From Phallusia mammillata (Eukaryota): DNA of 64,000 nt. The stretch is taken from positions 26,970,001-27,034,000 of the forward strand of contig OZ281497.1 of the NCBI GenBank assembly GCA_965637545.1. The letters are read 5' to 3'. The notes under the pieces are model-generated. The model worked only from the letters and a program-made list of their open reading frames with translations. It did not search any database and was not told where the DNA came from. A program made the position numbers and the translations under genes. Shown piece after piece: positions 25,271 through 37,700 of the stretch. Position 1 is the stretch's first letter. Each line of letters opens with the position of its first letter.

Positions 25271-26938
25271 TCAATATCGACGGCTCCTGTGCTCGGCAGG
25301 TGAATGACTGCGTTGACTTGTACGCTTTGCAGACGAGCGACCAGTTTCGACCACAGTTGGCGATGCAGCCCTATATCTGCTTGAAGAGTATCGTCCGGCG
25401 TCTCCGTCTGCATGGCCAGCCTCCAGCCGACCTTTGTAAAAACCGTTATAACTTGAACCTGAAAGACCCAGGAAAATTTGAACGTTACAAAACTTTAGTT
25501 GGACTTTGGTAAAGAAGCAAACAATTATTCACGGAAATAACTAATATTTTTGCACAACTTGTTTTAGTTCGTTTGACAATTCAGATAATTATTATGAAGT
25601 ATAACATGTTTAGGACTAAGCTATGATTGATTTGTAACGTTTATGAGACAAAATGTCAATCAAAGTCTAAATGTTCTTCGTCATTTCAGGCCATTTCAGT
25701 AAAAAAAATGCTGAATTCTGTCAACAAATACCTGAGCGGTCAGGAGCAGCATAAGCACGACTGGAAGCAGAATCAGCGTAAGCATCTCTTGATTTGCTGG
25801 AACCAACATCATGCGATCTTCGCTGCGCATAATCAGCCTTTCTTCCTGGTGAAGACCTGCTGTAACCATCAGATCGCGAACCATATGCGCGATCTCTTCC
25901 AGGCGGTGTTGTAGCCCTTGCAGTTGCAGCAGCAGCAGCAGCATAACGACCGCTGTAATCTTCCGGGGAAGGATCCCTCATTCTGCGTCTAGCTGGAGGG
26001 GAGTAAGTTGCGTCTGCAAATTCCCTTCGATCATGATATCCCGAGCCTTCCGGCCGTCTACTACCCATAGCAGGAGGGGAATAATCCCTCGTAACCTGCT
26101 CACTTCTGTGCACTGCTGGTGGCGAGTACTCACGCCGACTTCCAACAGGCATTCTTCTGGACCTTGGTGGGCTTTCCTCCTGATAGTTGTACCTTGTAAC
26201 TGGACTTCGTGACCTTCCACGTGATGCTTCGTATCTACCATTGTATGCATCACGAACAGTTTCTGTTGCATAACCTCTTGAACCAAAGTCTTCTCTTCTG
26301 CTTTCAGTGTAACGATAACTGTCACTATTATCTGCCCTCCTGTAATCGTAACTGCTTGATCTTGTGTCAGGGTTGGCTCGATCTCCATAACCTCCACTCG
26401 ATGCACCATAACCCCGACGAGAATCTCTAGCATCGTCTCTTGGGTCATCAAAACTGGCAACACCACCACCACGAGAGTCGTAAGTACTTCTTCTTACATC
26501 ACTGTAAGAGTCACGACCACCACCGCCGCCACCACTTCTGTAACTGTCAAATGAGCTTCGGCGTCCATCGCTCCTGCCTCTACCATCATCATACCGATCG
26601 GTCCTCCCAGAAAACCTGTCACCTCCTCTACCACCGCCACGAAATCCTCCCCGGCGGGGCCGATCAGCCATAGATGATTGTTTTTCAGCTTTTCTTACAG
26701 TCACACAGCGTCCCATAATTTCAACTCCATGCATTCTGCGGATTGCATCATCGGCAGATGATTGTTCTTTAAATGAGAGAAAAGCAAACCCTCTTGATTT
26801 GTTGGTCTCTCTGTCTCGCATTACCATGACTTGGACAATGTCCCCGAACATACTGAATGACTTTTCAAGCACAATTTCATCACAGTTGTGGTCCAGACCC
26901 CCAATGAAAATCCTTCCACCGATATCATCACGGCTCAT
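25271..26938 (-). CDS. RBMX: RBMX/hnRNP G-like RNA-binding protein (N-terminal RRM plus RGG/RS/YSPP low-complexity tail), about 464 aa
   Basis: Exon 26938-25732 carries RNP2 IFIGGL, RNP1 RGFAFLSF, MRDRETNKSRG, and RDYSPP/REYSPP repeats. It splices (G|gtattt ... tttcag|GT) to exon 25458-25271, which ends HRSRRY*, similar to the RBMX C-terminal RSRY. CIRBP/RBM3 family membership is not fully excluded. Confidence 0.8.
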
Positions 26939-29399
26939 GTTTCTGATTTTGTTTTGATGTAAAACAAATAATACTATCCTGTGAGACAAAATTCTGAGTT
27001 GGACACCAAAAACACAAGTGGCATAAAACCGAATTCACACCAAAAAATATCTGACCTCCAGTAACTTAATGCTGCCAATAGCATGCGATTGCATGGTAGT
27101 TTGACTACACATTCTCTATGAAACTGTTTCTATATTTCACTGTATATGTATCCACATTTCAAATATCAAATGCATTGCAGTAATGGACATGAAACAAAAC
27201 AATAGCTTTCATTTTGACAAAGTCCCAGTAGTATAGCAGCCAAACTGTTACAAGTGAAAGGTTCAGTGCAGCACTTTTGAGACAACAAGGTGTTCTCCAG
27301 TGTGCTACGAGTGTAGGACACCCACCAACAATCGAACCTCAACATGTTCAACAAACCAAATGGCTACCATTCTTTAGAGTTTTAAGCTGCCAAAATACCA
27401 GCATTGTGGTGTTTAGTCAGTCATTTTCTTTTGTGCCATAGCTATTTTTTCGTAATGCACAGAATGCACAACTGCACAACATATGGTTTGTTGTCAAATA
27501 AACAGACAAGCATAAATAAATTATGAATTTCAAAGCAACCTTGCTAAACATATTTTTTTCTCCATGTAAGTATTGTAATGCTCTTGCAACTGTCAATTCA
27601 TCAAATTCTTGTTACACCAATGAATGAAAGGAATAGATTGGGACTATATTTATATTACTTAGTAATCACCAAATTAAACAAGGATACAACAGGACACTTG
27701 ACTCAATAACCCATATTTTTTCAGTGTCCTTATCGTTTTACACTAATGACAAATTTGATGAAGTGACAAATGCCTATAAGTTTGACTTGTTGCAGTAGAT
27801 GCACATAACCAACAAACTGATCACAAGTCGTGGAAACAAATGTTTTGTATTCTTTTAAATCTTGCTTAGCTCAAAGTGTCAACAAATACCATATAAACAG
27901 CAAACACAATCTTGACAGTCTTATATTCCTACACAGTTTCATTTAAATTAAAACTGATTTCACAGAACAAAAACTGATTCTTACGAATTTAGATTCTCTG
28001 ATTTCAAAATGTAGTCAGTTCTTTTCTATCAGGCCTAGTTTTTCTGTTACTGTGCATCTGCTTTTGTGAAAAGTTGATTGTAATAAAATTGTCCCTGGTT
28101 ATGTTTACAGAGACAATATAGTACTAATGTAACTTGTGATATGAATTTACATTTATTTTAAGATCAAGCCGTCACAAACCACTTCAGCCAATATAGGTCA
28201 AGGTACATGCAGAAAATATATTTTACATTTTGAAATATCCGATACAAATTGACTTTCATGATTTCCAACCAAAGTTAACCAACAGTAGTCAGCTTTTAAC
28301 AAAACATCTCTACATTCTGGACATCTTAGTTTGCTTTCACTGACATCTGGATGAAACAGTTTTCTTTCACTTAGTTTTTTTTACAAATCCAGTTTGCACA
28401 AATTTCACATGAACCACTTTGCTCATTTTTCATCAAAAACTTTAGTTCTTTCAAAAAGTTTCGCCCCAGCATTGAATCCATTAACTATACACTAATATAA
28501 TGGGGGGATTTTTTATTTTTGACAAGTCTGTTAAAGTGCAACTTTTGTTTTAGTGAGATTGATTCACTCTGATATTAGGAAAATAAAACTGGCAAGTAGC
28601 CACAGTTAATATACAATAGCTTTTGTGTTATTACAGTGCAAATTTATAAAATTTATGAAACACCAACTTAATCAAGATTTTAAAACACCCAACACAGACA
28701 GTCCAATGATTACTGCACTTTCAGCATCCATAAACATCTGAACAGTACATCAAGTTTAACAAGCATTTATTGTTCAGGCACAGAAAACTGGCAAATCCAT
28801 TTCTTTTTGTCTGTCCACCTAATTGACAGCTGACAATAAGTTAATAAAGATTTTGGGCAGAGAAACATTTTAGAAGATAACAAGATGCTTGCCATACAAA
28901 TTATCAATGGCTAGACTCTCGATAGTTGAAAATTGGAATGTACTAAATTTTACAACTTGAAAACACACTTGACGCTTTGTCATATATTTCTTTAGTTACA
29001 CATAGCAGCTTGTTTTTACAAATTTAGTATAGGGGACCATGTTTTGTGTAATATGTTCTCTCATAGCGAGTCTTTCTGAAGTTTCTGAACTTGTAATGTT
29101 TCTCATTTCTCAAAAATCCAAGAACAGGTTGAAATATAGTGTTAAACAATTCACCATACTACAACAAATGCTAATAAACTTAGTGTGGTAAGTGGTTTGT
29201 GTACCACATAAAATCATTTCTTTTTTACGAACTATTTCAGATTCTCAAACATTTTAATGTATTTGCTATGCAACTCACACAAATCAAACTCAGGGTTCCA
29301 CAGATTGTTGACAATCAAAGTTCACTGACATCAGGTTCAGATTCTGACAATAAAACTGAAATTAAAACCGAAAAACATCCAAAAACTGCGAACCTTTAC

Positions 29400-29445
29400 C
29401 AATTTCATTTCACAGATCACACGAAGAAAAGAGGAACTGGAAAAG
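29400..29445 (-). promoter_or_regulatory. Probable non-coding first exon of the RBMX-like gene with an oligopyrimidine start
   Basis: Minus strand reads cttttccagttcctcttttcttcgtgtgatctgtgaaatgaaattg|gtaaag. It would splice to the acceptor tctcacag| at 26979, 40 nt before the ATG. Confidence 0.55.
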
Positions 29446-30243
29446 CGCTCACCGACTTTAAACAGTGTGAAAATATGGTCACGTGGTAACTTAGTTTTTG
29501 AAAATATTTAAGTTTTTTTGTAGATTTATTTATGAAAAAAATATTCATTTTGTAATACCAGTTTAACCGATGGTTGGTAAACGGATTTGATTTAATACAG
29601 TTTTGGATACCGGTATCATTAAAAAAAAGCGAAGTTTCTGGACTTTTATTTTATTTCATACGATAAAGTATACCGATAAATGCGTATAAATAGGCAGTGA
29701 GAAAAAACAACGCGTATATCTAGATTTAACACGCGCCCGTTGCTCAGTACCATTTGTACAAAGTTTAGTTCAGTTAAAAAAAAGTCCATCTGCCAACTTG
29801 AATACGTTATTGCATTGAAGTTACATGCTGGTTTCAGTCGTACTTTTACGACATCGAGGGGAGTACAATTCTTTTCAGTTTTGTAAATGCAACACTTGTT
29901 ATCCATTTATGTGACTTTTGTGACCTGTGTGTCGAAGAGAAGTTAATTATGCTTTTTAGTGAATTATTTGCTTTTGTACTGTGAGGAGTTTAAGATTTGT
30001 AGCTACCTTATTGCCTTGCGTTTTAATTTGTAATACTTTTTTAATTTTATTCCCTTGTTTTTTTGTTTTTTTTATCTTTTCTTCATTTTGTGAAGTCTGT
30101 ATGCATGCTGTATAATTTATTATAGTACAGTTTCCAAACAGCTAAATTACCTTGAACTTGTCGTACATCTTTATTTATTGTTTTACTTAAAGTTTTGAAG
30201 ATTATAGAATTTATATTCTTTTGGGAGTCGAGTTCTGACAATC

Positions 30244-33200
30244 ATGGATTTCCAGAATCGAGCTGGAGGCAAGACTGGTTCTGGGGGAGTTGCTTCATTT
30301 TCGGAAGCAAATCGTGACAGACGAGAGAGACTTCGTCAACTTGCACTTGAGACGATCGATTTGAACAAGGTGTGAAACTGTGAATGACATCTTTGTTTAT
30401 TAATTTAAGAGGTGTTCTGTAATTTTGAAAAGGACACGAGAATGAATAAACTGATAAAGAATTAGCATGTTTTGTTTTTCAGGATCCTTATTTTATGAAA
30501 AATCATCTTGGTTCATACGAATGTAAACTGTGTTTGACACTTCACAACAATGAGGTATGTATTACTTCATACATTTCTACCCATTTTCTTTCTTTTTTAA
30601 CCACAACATTTATTTTTATGGTGTCATAGGGTAGTTATCTTGCACACACACAAGGTAAAAAGCATCAGTCAAATTTGGCAAAGCGAGCAGCACGAGACGC
30701 CAAGGAAGCTCCAATACAGCCAGCACCAGCAAAACCTCAGGTCGAAGTCAAGAAGTTTGTTAAAATTGGGCGTCCTGGTTATAAAGGTATGAACATAATG
30801 TAAACTTGTCACTCTAAGCCACTTGCTGTAGGGCAGGTGTGGCCAACACGTCGATCGCGATCGACTGGTCGATCGTCTGCTTTTGACTGGTCGATCGCAC
30901 TAAATTCTCCATTACTAATCAAAAGCTTATCAATTGAAAAACAAATTAAATAATATAAAACAGCACTTCTGACATTTTGACACAACCCACAAATGTGCAA
31001 TGAGACAATAATAATGTAAATGTCACTCTCTTTGTTGGGTAACAATTGTGATTTTCGTTTGTCGTCACAACTTTAATGTTTGCGTTAACGAAGCAGTTGC
31101 AATTGATTGAGGAGATTTAAAAGTTTGAAAAATATGTACATATGCGACGTTTTATTGTTGCAAGAACTAGGTGATGCTTTATAATAAAACTCATGAATAT
31201 AAATATGTGGTAATTGTCAATCAAATCTCATGCAGAAATTTGCGTTATTGCTTTGTGTAAGTGGTAGCCTAAATTACTACTGATCAGTCGATCGTGTGCA
31301 ATTAAGAAAATTTTCGTCGATCTTAACGACTAACAAGTTGGCCACCCCTGCTGTAGGGGATACAGTGTTGTCGTAATTAAATTTGCCAAGCAATATTACG
31401 AAATCCAAATTCAACTTTTTTAGCTTTATATTGATATCGACAACTATTAAAACATGTCAATAAAAGTTAAATCATGTCTTTAAAAACAAAAATACATTTT
31501 TGCAAACATCATTCTGGTACTAAGACTGCTAACTGTCGCGACTGGTATAACTGGTATCATTAGTTAAATTTGTACCAATCAGATTTTTATTAACCGACCA
31601 AATGTCAATTGATTTTGTGATATATATATAAGCCAGAACAGTTTTACAAACCTATTTCATGTAGATTTAGCATCATACTCTAGCAAAATGTATTTTATAC
31701 TTTCAGTTACAAAGCAAAGAGTTCCAGACTCCGGACAACAAAGTCTTCTTTTCCAAGTGGATTATCCAGAAATAGTAGAAACCATTCAACCACGACACCG
31801 CTTCATGTCAGCTTATGAGCAGCACGTTGAGCCACCAGATCGAAAATGGCAGTATCTACTTTTTGCTGCTGAGCCATATGAAACAATTTCTTTCAAGGTA
31901 TTTTAAAACATTTTGAGATTAACACAAGAAAATTCTGTTGTAAACTATTATGTGCCTTGTAACACTGTTAATCTGTGCTGGGTTTTTGATTAGGCCTTAG
32001 ACGAAGCTTAAGCAAAAATAATTTCAGGCAGCTCACAATCTTGGTGTAGTTGTTTTTGAAGAAAATTAGACATGTGACTTTAAAATAGATAAAACACATA
32101 GCTAATTAAAAGAGGTGATCTGAAAAATTTGCAACCCTGATTTTGAACAAAAAGTCAAAACCAAAATAATACTATATATTGCTCAAACATATATATAATT
32201 GTAATTTTCTGGGTCACTGAAGTAACAGTTAAAACAATGGTTTGTAACCTCCAGTAGTTTGTGATCACCTAAAGTACTGCCTAAAACTCATAGCACCCTG
32301 CTCACCTAATAAAAATGTGCTGCATTAAAAAGGAAAAAGGGGTTGCCACTTGGGCCCAACCACTCACTTAATACTATGGAATGCCTAAGATAGTCGTCAT
32401 AACTACTTAAAGGTGTATAAGTTCACACATGTTTTTGTTATTGTTTATTGTTGGGTTTAATGACAGCACTAAGAAGTTTCCTACTTTGTTCATCGGTGCA
32501 TTGCAAAATGTTTGAAAGCATTCGTCCATTTTTCACCCTTTTACCCCACATTTATATATATTTATACATATATATGTGTTGGGTTTGGGTTGAGAAACGT
32601 AGACCTAAAAGGTTCAGATCATGGTTTGGATAAAAGCCTGCCATAATTTTTAAAGCACAAAATTGATTGGTTGAAAATTACAAGTTTGTTTTTTCAGGTG
32701 CCAAGTAGGGAGATTGACAAAGGTGAGGGAAAATTTTGGACATACTGGAACAGGGACACAAAGCAAGTAAGTTCAAAAAATTTAGCCTGTCACCAAGCAT
32801 TCACCATATGACAAGGTGTAGGCTAAAAAAATATAGCCTGTGGTGGAACTTGAACTCATGACAGGAGTCTTTGGGTAAAACATTAAACAATATCTAAAAG
32901 TAAGGAAGGGTTTTGTGTTAAACATGTATTTCTTGATCTCCCACTGCAGTTTTTCTTGCAATTTCACTACAAGATGGAACTTCGTCCTCCACCGATGACA
33001 ATCATGCCTGAGGAGCAGCAGAATCCCCAACCTCCACAAGAAGAAGAGGACACAGTACCTCTTCCACCTGGAACTCTTCCTCCTATGAACAACATGGACG
33101 ACTTCGACAATGTTGCTCCTCCTGGGATGTTCAACGACATGCCCCCATTCCAACCACCACCAGGAGGTCCTCCATCTTTCAACAACTACCGAGGTCCCCC

Positions 33201-33360
33201 ACCCCCTATGGCCCCACCACCAATGGGACCCCCACCTGGAGGCCCCCCGATGATGGGAGGAGGGGGTCAAGATGAGTTTATGGATCATGGCCCTCCACGT
33301 GGTGCCCCACCCCCTCCACCCATGGGTCCTCCCCCGGATATGGACGATCCCGAAAACTGA
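30244..33360 (+). CDS. SF3A2: Splicing factor 3A subunit 2 (SF3a66), about 341 aa, 6 coding exons
   Basis: Exons 30244-30369, 30483-30554, 30630-30786, 31707-31897, 32698-32766, 32950-33360. MDFQNRAGGKTGSGG, the U1C-type zinc finger YECKLCLTLHNNEGSYLAHTQGKKHQ, KIGRPGYKV, PRHRFMSAYEQ, WQYLLFAAEPYETI, and a Pro-rich tail. Confidence 0.97.
30834..31350. mobile_element. hAT-type MITE in an SF3A2 intron
   Basis: TIRs caggtgtggccaac / gttggccacccctg, perfect 8-bp TSD CTGTAGGG, and subterminal gtcgatc repeats. Confidence 0.9.
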
Positions 33361-34741
33361 AAAAGGAATTGCCATCTGGTTAGGCTTAAAATGCAGCCAA
33401 ATCCACCAAAGGATTTTTAAGAAAAACCTGCTACCTACTGCCCAATGTGTTGCATACAGGCAATGTGTAAGTTGTAGCATCGAAAAAAATAAACTCAGCC
33501 AAATAAAACACTGTTTTATGCATAGGGATGTTAAAAGTAGAAAACAGAACTGGGTATTCTAGAATAATCGTTTCAAATCTGGAATATCTAGTTCAATTTT
33601 TATATTATTGACTGTATTATACTTGATCTTGACAACAATAAAATCAAACCAGTTTAGAACATTCAAAATCGTATTTTGCATTTACAATACAAAAAAGAAA
33701 CTTTCAAAACACTGAGAGAGGATTGGCATATTTTACCTTGGAAAGTACACTTTCATAACTGTATTAAAATTGACATAATATACAAGTGTTTTGAAAAAAG
33801 ACTACCCACGGTCTACCGGTTAAAGCATGGGCATGCGCATGACAAATGATCGTCACGTGCTAATCGTTAGGCTTTTCGAGTCTAATCAAAATGCTAACCG
33901 CCGTCGTTAACGGTGTTAGCGCCCTCAACGAACGAAAGACCATAGTCCATGGCGCCTGAACGACTCAACTTGCTTTAAGGAACGATTGCAAGCGTAAACA
34001 TCATGCATGCGTTTTCAATCGGCCGAGAGCCAAATTCATGTCGGTTTCAACTACCCGATGAAAACGGCACATTAGTATTCGAATCATAAGGATTCGATAG
34101 TCTGCTTTGAACATCCCTATATGCTATTAAGAAAATATTCCAGCAATTGTTAGAGAAACTCTGGTTTATTTCAATAAAAAAATCAGCAAAAGTCTCAAAC
34201 AACAGTAAAAAAATCACAAAAAAATGGAACATTTATAAGCTAAAATGAGTAAAAGAAGCAAAAAAGGAAATGTGTTTACGGTACAAAACAGTTTTGTACA
34301 TGATAAAAATTAAATAAACAGGGTCACATAGTATTTAGATTGCTGAATACCGTTCTATTTGTCCAGCTAGACTTATGACAGATGTTGTGAAAGTATAAGA
34401 AACATACCATGGAACAAGTCAGTACCCGACGTTAAGACAGAAAATAGTCTCATGAACGGCAATGATCACAGTGGTAGAAATAGCATAAAAATGTGATGTT
34501 GATATTATAGGCGACGATTTTTCCCCGTTTGAAACCTTTTCTTGTCGCTCTGTGCACAAATGCATTGCACGACATGGCAGTCGTTTTTCTCACAGCCAAA
34601 TTACTTGCACTCGAGATTTATTTTAATTTTTTGTCCGAAAAGGTTTTAAATCTTTTTGATATCTCTAATCTGAAGACAATAATATTGTCTGGTAAAGGAC
34701 GTTGTAGAAACAATATTAGCAAAACAGTGAACATATTTTAT

Positions 34742-37700
34742 TCAGCCGTCCTGGCTATGACTGTGTGAGGAGACAGACTGACTTGCGCGTTGTTTTCTTC
34801 GAGATCTGAACGATTTAAATAAAGATTTGCTTCGACTTTTCCTCAAGGGATGATCCTTTTCAAACTCGTTGCCTGGCAACGCCAGAATCGCGTCATTTTT
34901 TTGTGCCTGAGGTTCGATTCGCTCTTTCGGATGTAGAAAGGATGAGAGGGACGAAAATATTACGGTTTCCAATGGTCGATGGGCTTGTTTACGTGACCTT
35001 AAAAGAGAAAAAAATTGATAAGGTTATAGTATGTGTGTTTTTTGTGCGGCTTGATTCTGCATAACGTGCCTTAAATGGATCTGGCATACTATGATTTATA
35101 TATGAGTGTGCCATGATCGCTGGTCTGCATTGATGCTTCAGGGCTGATCCCAGTTATGAATTTATGTGTTGTGGGTAGCCTACATTTGTTATTTATTCTA
35201 AAAATTGAAACTTATACCGACATACCCTATTTAATATGTAGAAAGTGTTTTGCTATATTTTCACTAAATGTGGCAACTGTACACACTACTGCTGGGTCTT
35301 GAAAACAGGGCAGTCTTCAAGACATTTACTGAAAAAGTCAAGACGCAATGCATATAATACTTTTATACCTGTCAATACAAGAAAACTTCCAGTTAAGGAT
35401 CGTCAGCCATTCTTTCTTTTCCTTCTCACTTATTGTGTACATGTAATATGTGCGGTCCGGCATTTTGATTCTGGAAACGGAAAAACTTTACTATGATCGA
35501 AAGATACCAACACGAAGGCCAAACACTAGTTTACTGCCGTCGTAAAAAGCAACGTTAAAAAGTCATGCACGTAATTATTTGCTGATATTGCAGAAATAAC
35601 ACATTATGCAAATCAAGAAAGGTACTGTGCAAAGATAATAAATACAGTATGTAAGTTATTGTTCCGAGGCATAATATTAAGTTTATAGAGCTCTTCTGGC
35701 AAATGTATTTATGCACCGACGTTTCGACGTCTTATTTACAGGTCGCCCTCATCAGGGTAAATAACACTGAATGAACAGCACAGTGCACGATAAAAAAAAA
35801 TTTCTTTGTTTCCCTGACAGAAGAGCTCTATAAACTTGATAATAAAAACATACTACTTCATAAAAAATCATTTTGCTTACCCGAACGAAAACGGTCTTCC
35901 CACTTGAGCACTTGGGTCTTCTTCTAAAGCTTTGTATGACGTCAGATCGAGCGTTCCTAGTGGCCGAAGATCGGTTGGTTCGTGATAATATTTCATTTCA
36001 TATCCACTCAATGTGAACCAGCGAATGTTCCAGGTTTTTACAGATCCTCCTTGTTTCGTCATAAAACCCTGCTTCGAGAGAACCTGTAGAAAAAGGCGAC
36101 ACCTTGTTAAATGCTGCAGCGACCCGGATAAAATAAGTTCTTTAAACTACCTAATTTTGTATTTTATTTTGTAATTTTTGTATATTATGACATGCACAAA
36201 AAAACTTCTATGCGTCACAGATAAATTATGACGTACTTACTATACGTCACACTTAAGTTAATTATTTGCAAAATTAAAATTTAGCTGTTATTTTGTAGAA
36301 AATTGATCTGTGCGCCATGAAACATTTCACTGAGATATTTTAAAAAACTTACCCCCGATTTTTCCCAGTTATCGAACAAATTATCGACATCTCGAATTGC
36401 TTGCATAGTAATTGCTCGTCGTTCGGTTTCATTTACAGAAGCTGTTACTTCTTCCATCATCTGTGACGTGATAAAGAGCACATTATTAAGCGCAAAATAA
36501 AAAAACCTTCATGTGAACACGAGTTAGGAAGGTTTAAATGCGAAAAAACAACATATAAAAACGCCATTATTTGTTTAACTGTATGTCGACACTAGGTTGC
36601 AGCAAAGTGCCATTTTGTGTTTAGAAACAAAAGAACAATAAAATTTTAACTAAGATGAACATAGATGTGCCTTGCCATGTGGGGATGCTTGGGTAAAACC
36701 TTAATTTTACATTCCAATGTTTATCTAAGTCTTTCAATCAAATCGGATAATCGGCTTTGTGACGTAAAAGAGCTATTTTCAGGATCAATAAACAACAGCC
36801 ATCAAAGGTCAAACGCAGACTAGCATTAAATGTCGTCACAACGTCATTACGCAATAAAGGAAAAGCGCTACGTCGTAAAACACAGAGCTGACTCAGGCGG
36901 AAACCCACGCTAGTGTAAAGTTCATCGATTAACGCTCTTGAACAACACGACGGGAACTTGGATTTGTCAGACGTTGACATTAACTAATGGCGTTTCTCTT
37001 TTACTCAGTGTTCTGCACCAGTTCTTCTTTACCGGGTAAATGTTTAACACATCAGGGTGAATAAAATGATTGGAATGATGAACAGACTAAAAGGGTGAAA
37101 CAAGGTTTAAGAATACTGTCGTTTACTTACGTGAAAGGGGTGAATGACATTTTGGGAATTTTCGCGTAAAAACGGTAAATGAAATTTTATGAAATTTCAG
37201 TGAAACAAGAACATTACATTGTGGAAATTTTCGCGTGAAATATGAGAATGATATTTCACGAATTCGGCGTGAAACTAATGAATGACCTTTGTGAAATGTT
37301 CATGAAACAGGTAAATAAAATTTTGGTGGCGATTCGTGAGTAAGAGTAAACAATTATAAAAAAAGCTTTACACGACATTAAGTTAATATATTTACCTTCA
37401 TGGCATTTGAGACCGGGGTATGATCGCTGTGACTTTCTGGCGTAAATTTCTTCAGTTCCCGTAAAAGTAGAGGGTATTTGCACAAACGCTGAACAGGTGA
37501 AATGATGAAACCTTCAAGGTGGAGAAATTTACGAGTTTTGCTCGCTACACTGTCTTTCCAATCCTAAAAAATAAATTAAATATATTTGTTTGTTGCATTT
37601 TTATGGTTGTTATTTGTTGCTTTTTTCCCGCTGCAAACCTGTATGTAATAGCATATACGTCTACTACAAATGCGTAAAACATGAAAACCACCAAAATTGA

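Noticed and set aside
25696-26673. Several overlapping ORFs (82, 164, 73, 77 aa)
   Set aside because: Alternative frames or antisense of the low-complexity RBMX-like exon.
27400-28440. Box C/D snoRNA candidates (TGATGA at about 27598 and 28430, minus strand)
   Set aside because: No suitably spaced D box with a terminal stem was found by eye.
32782-33480. 232-aa minus-strand ORF
   Set aside because: Antisense shadow of the Pro-rich last exon of SF3A2.
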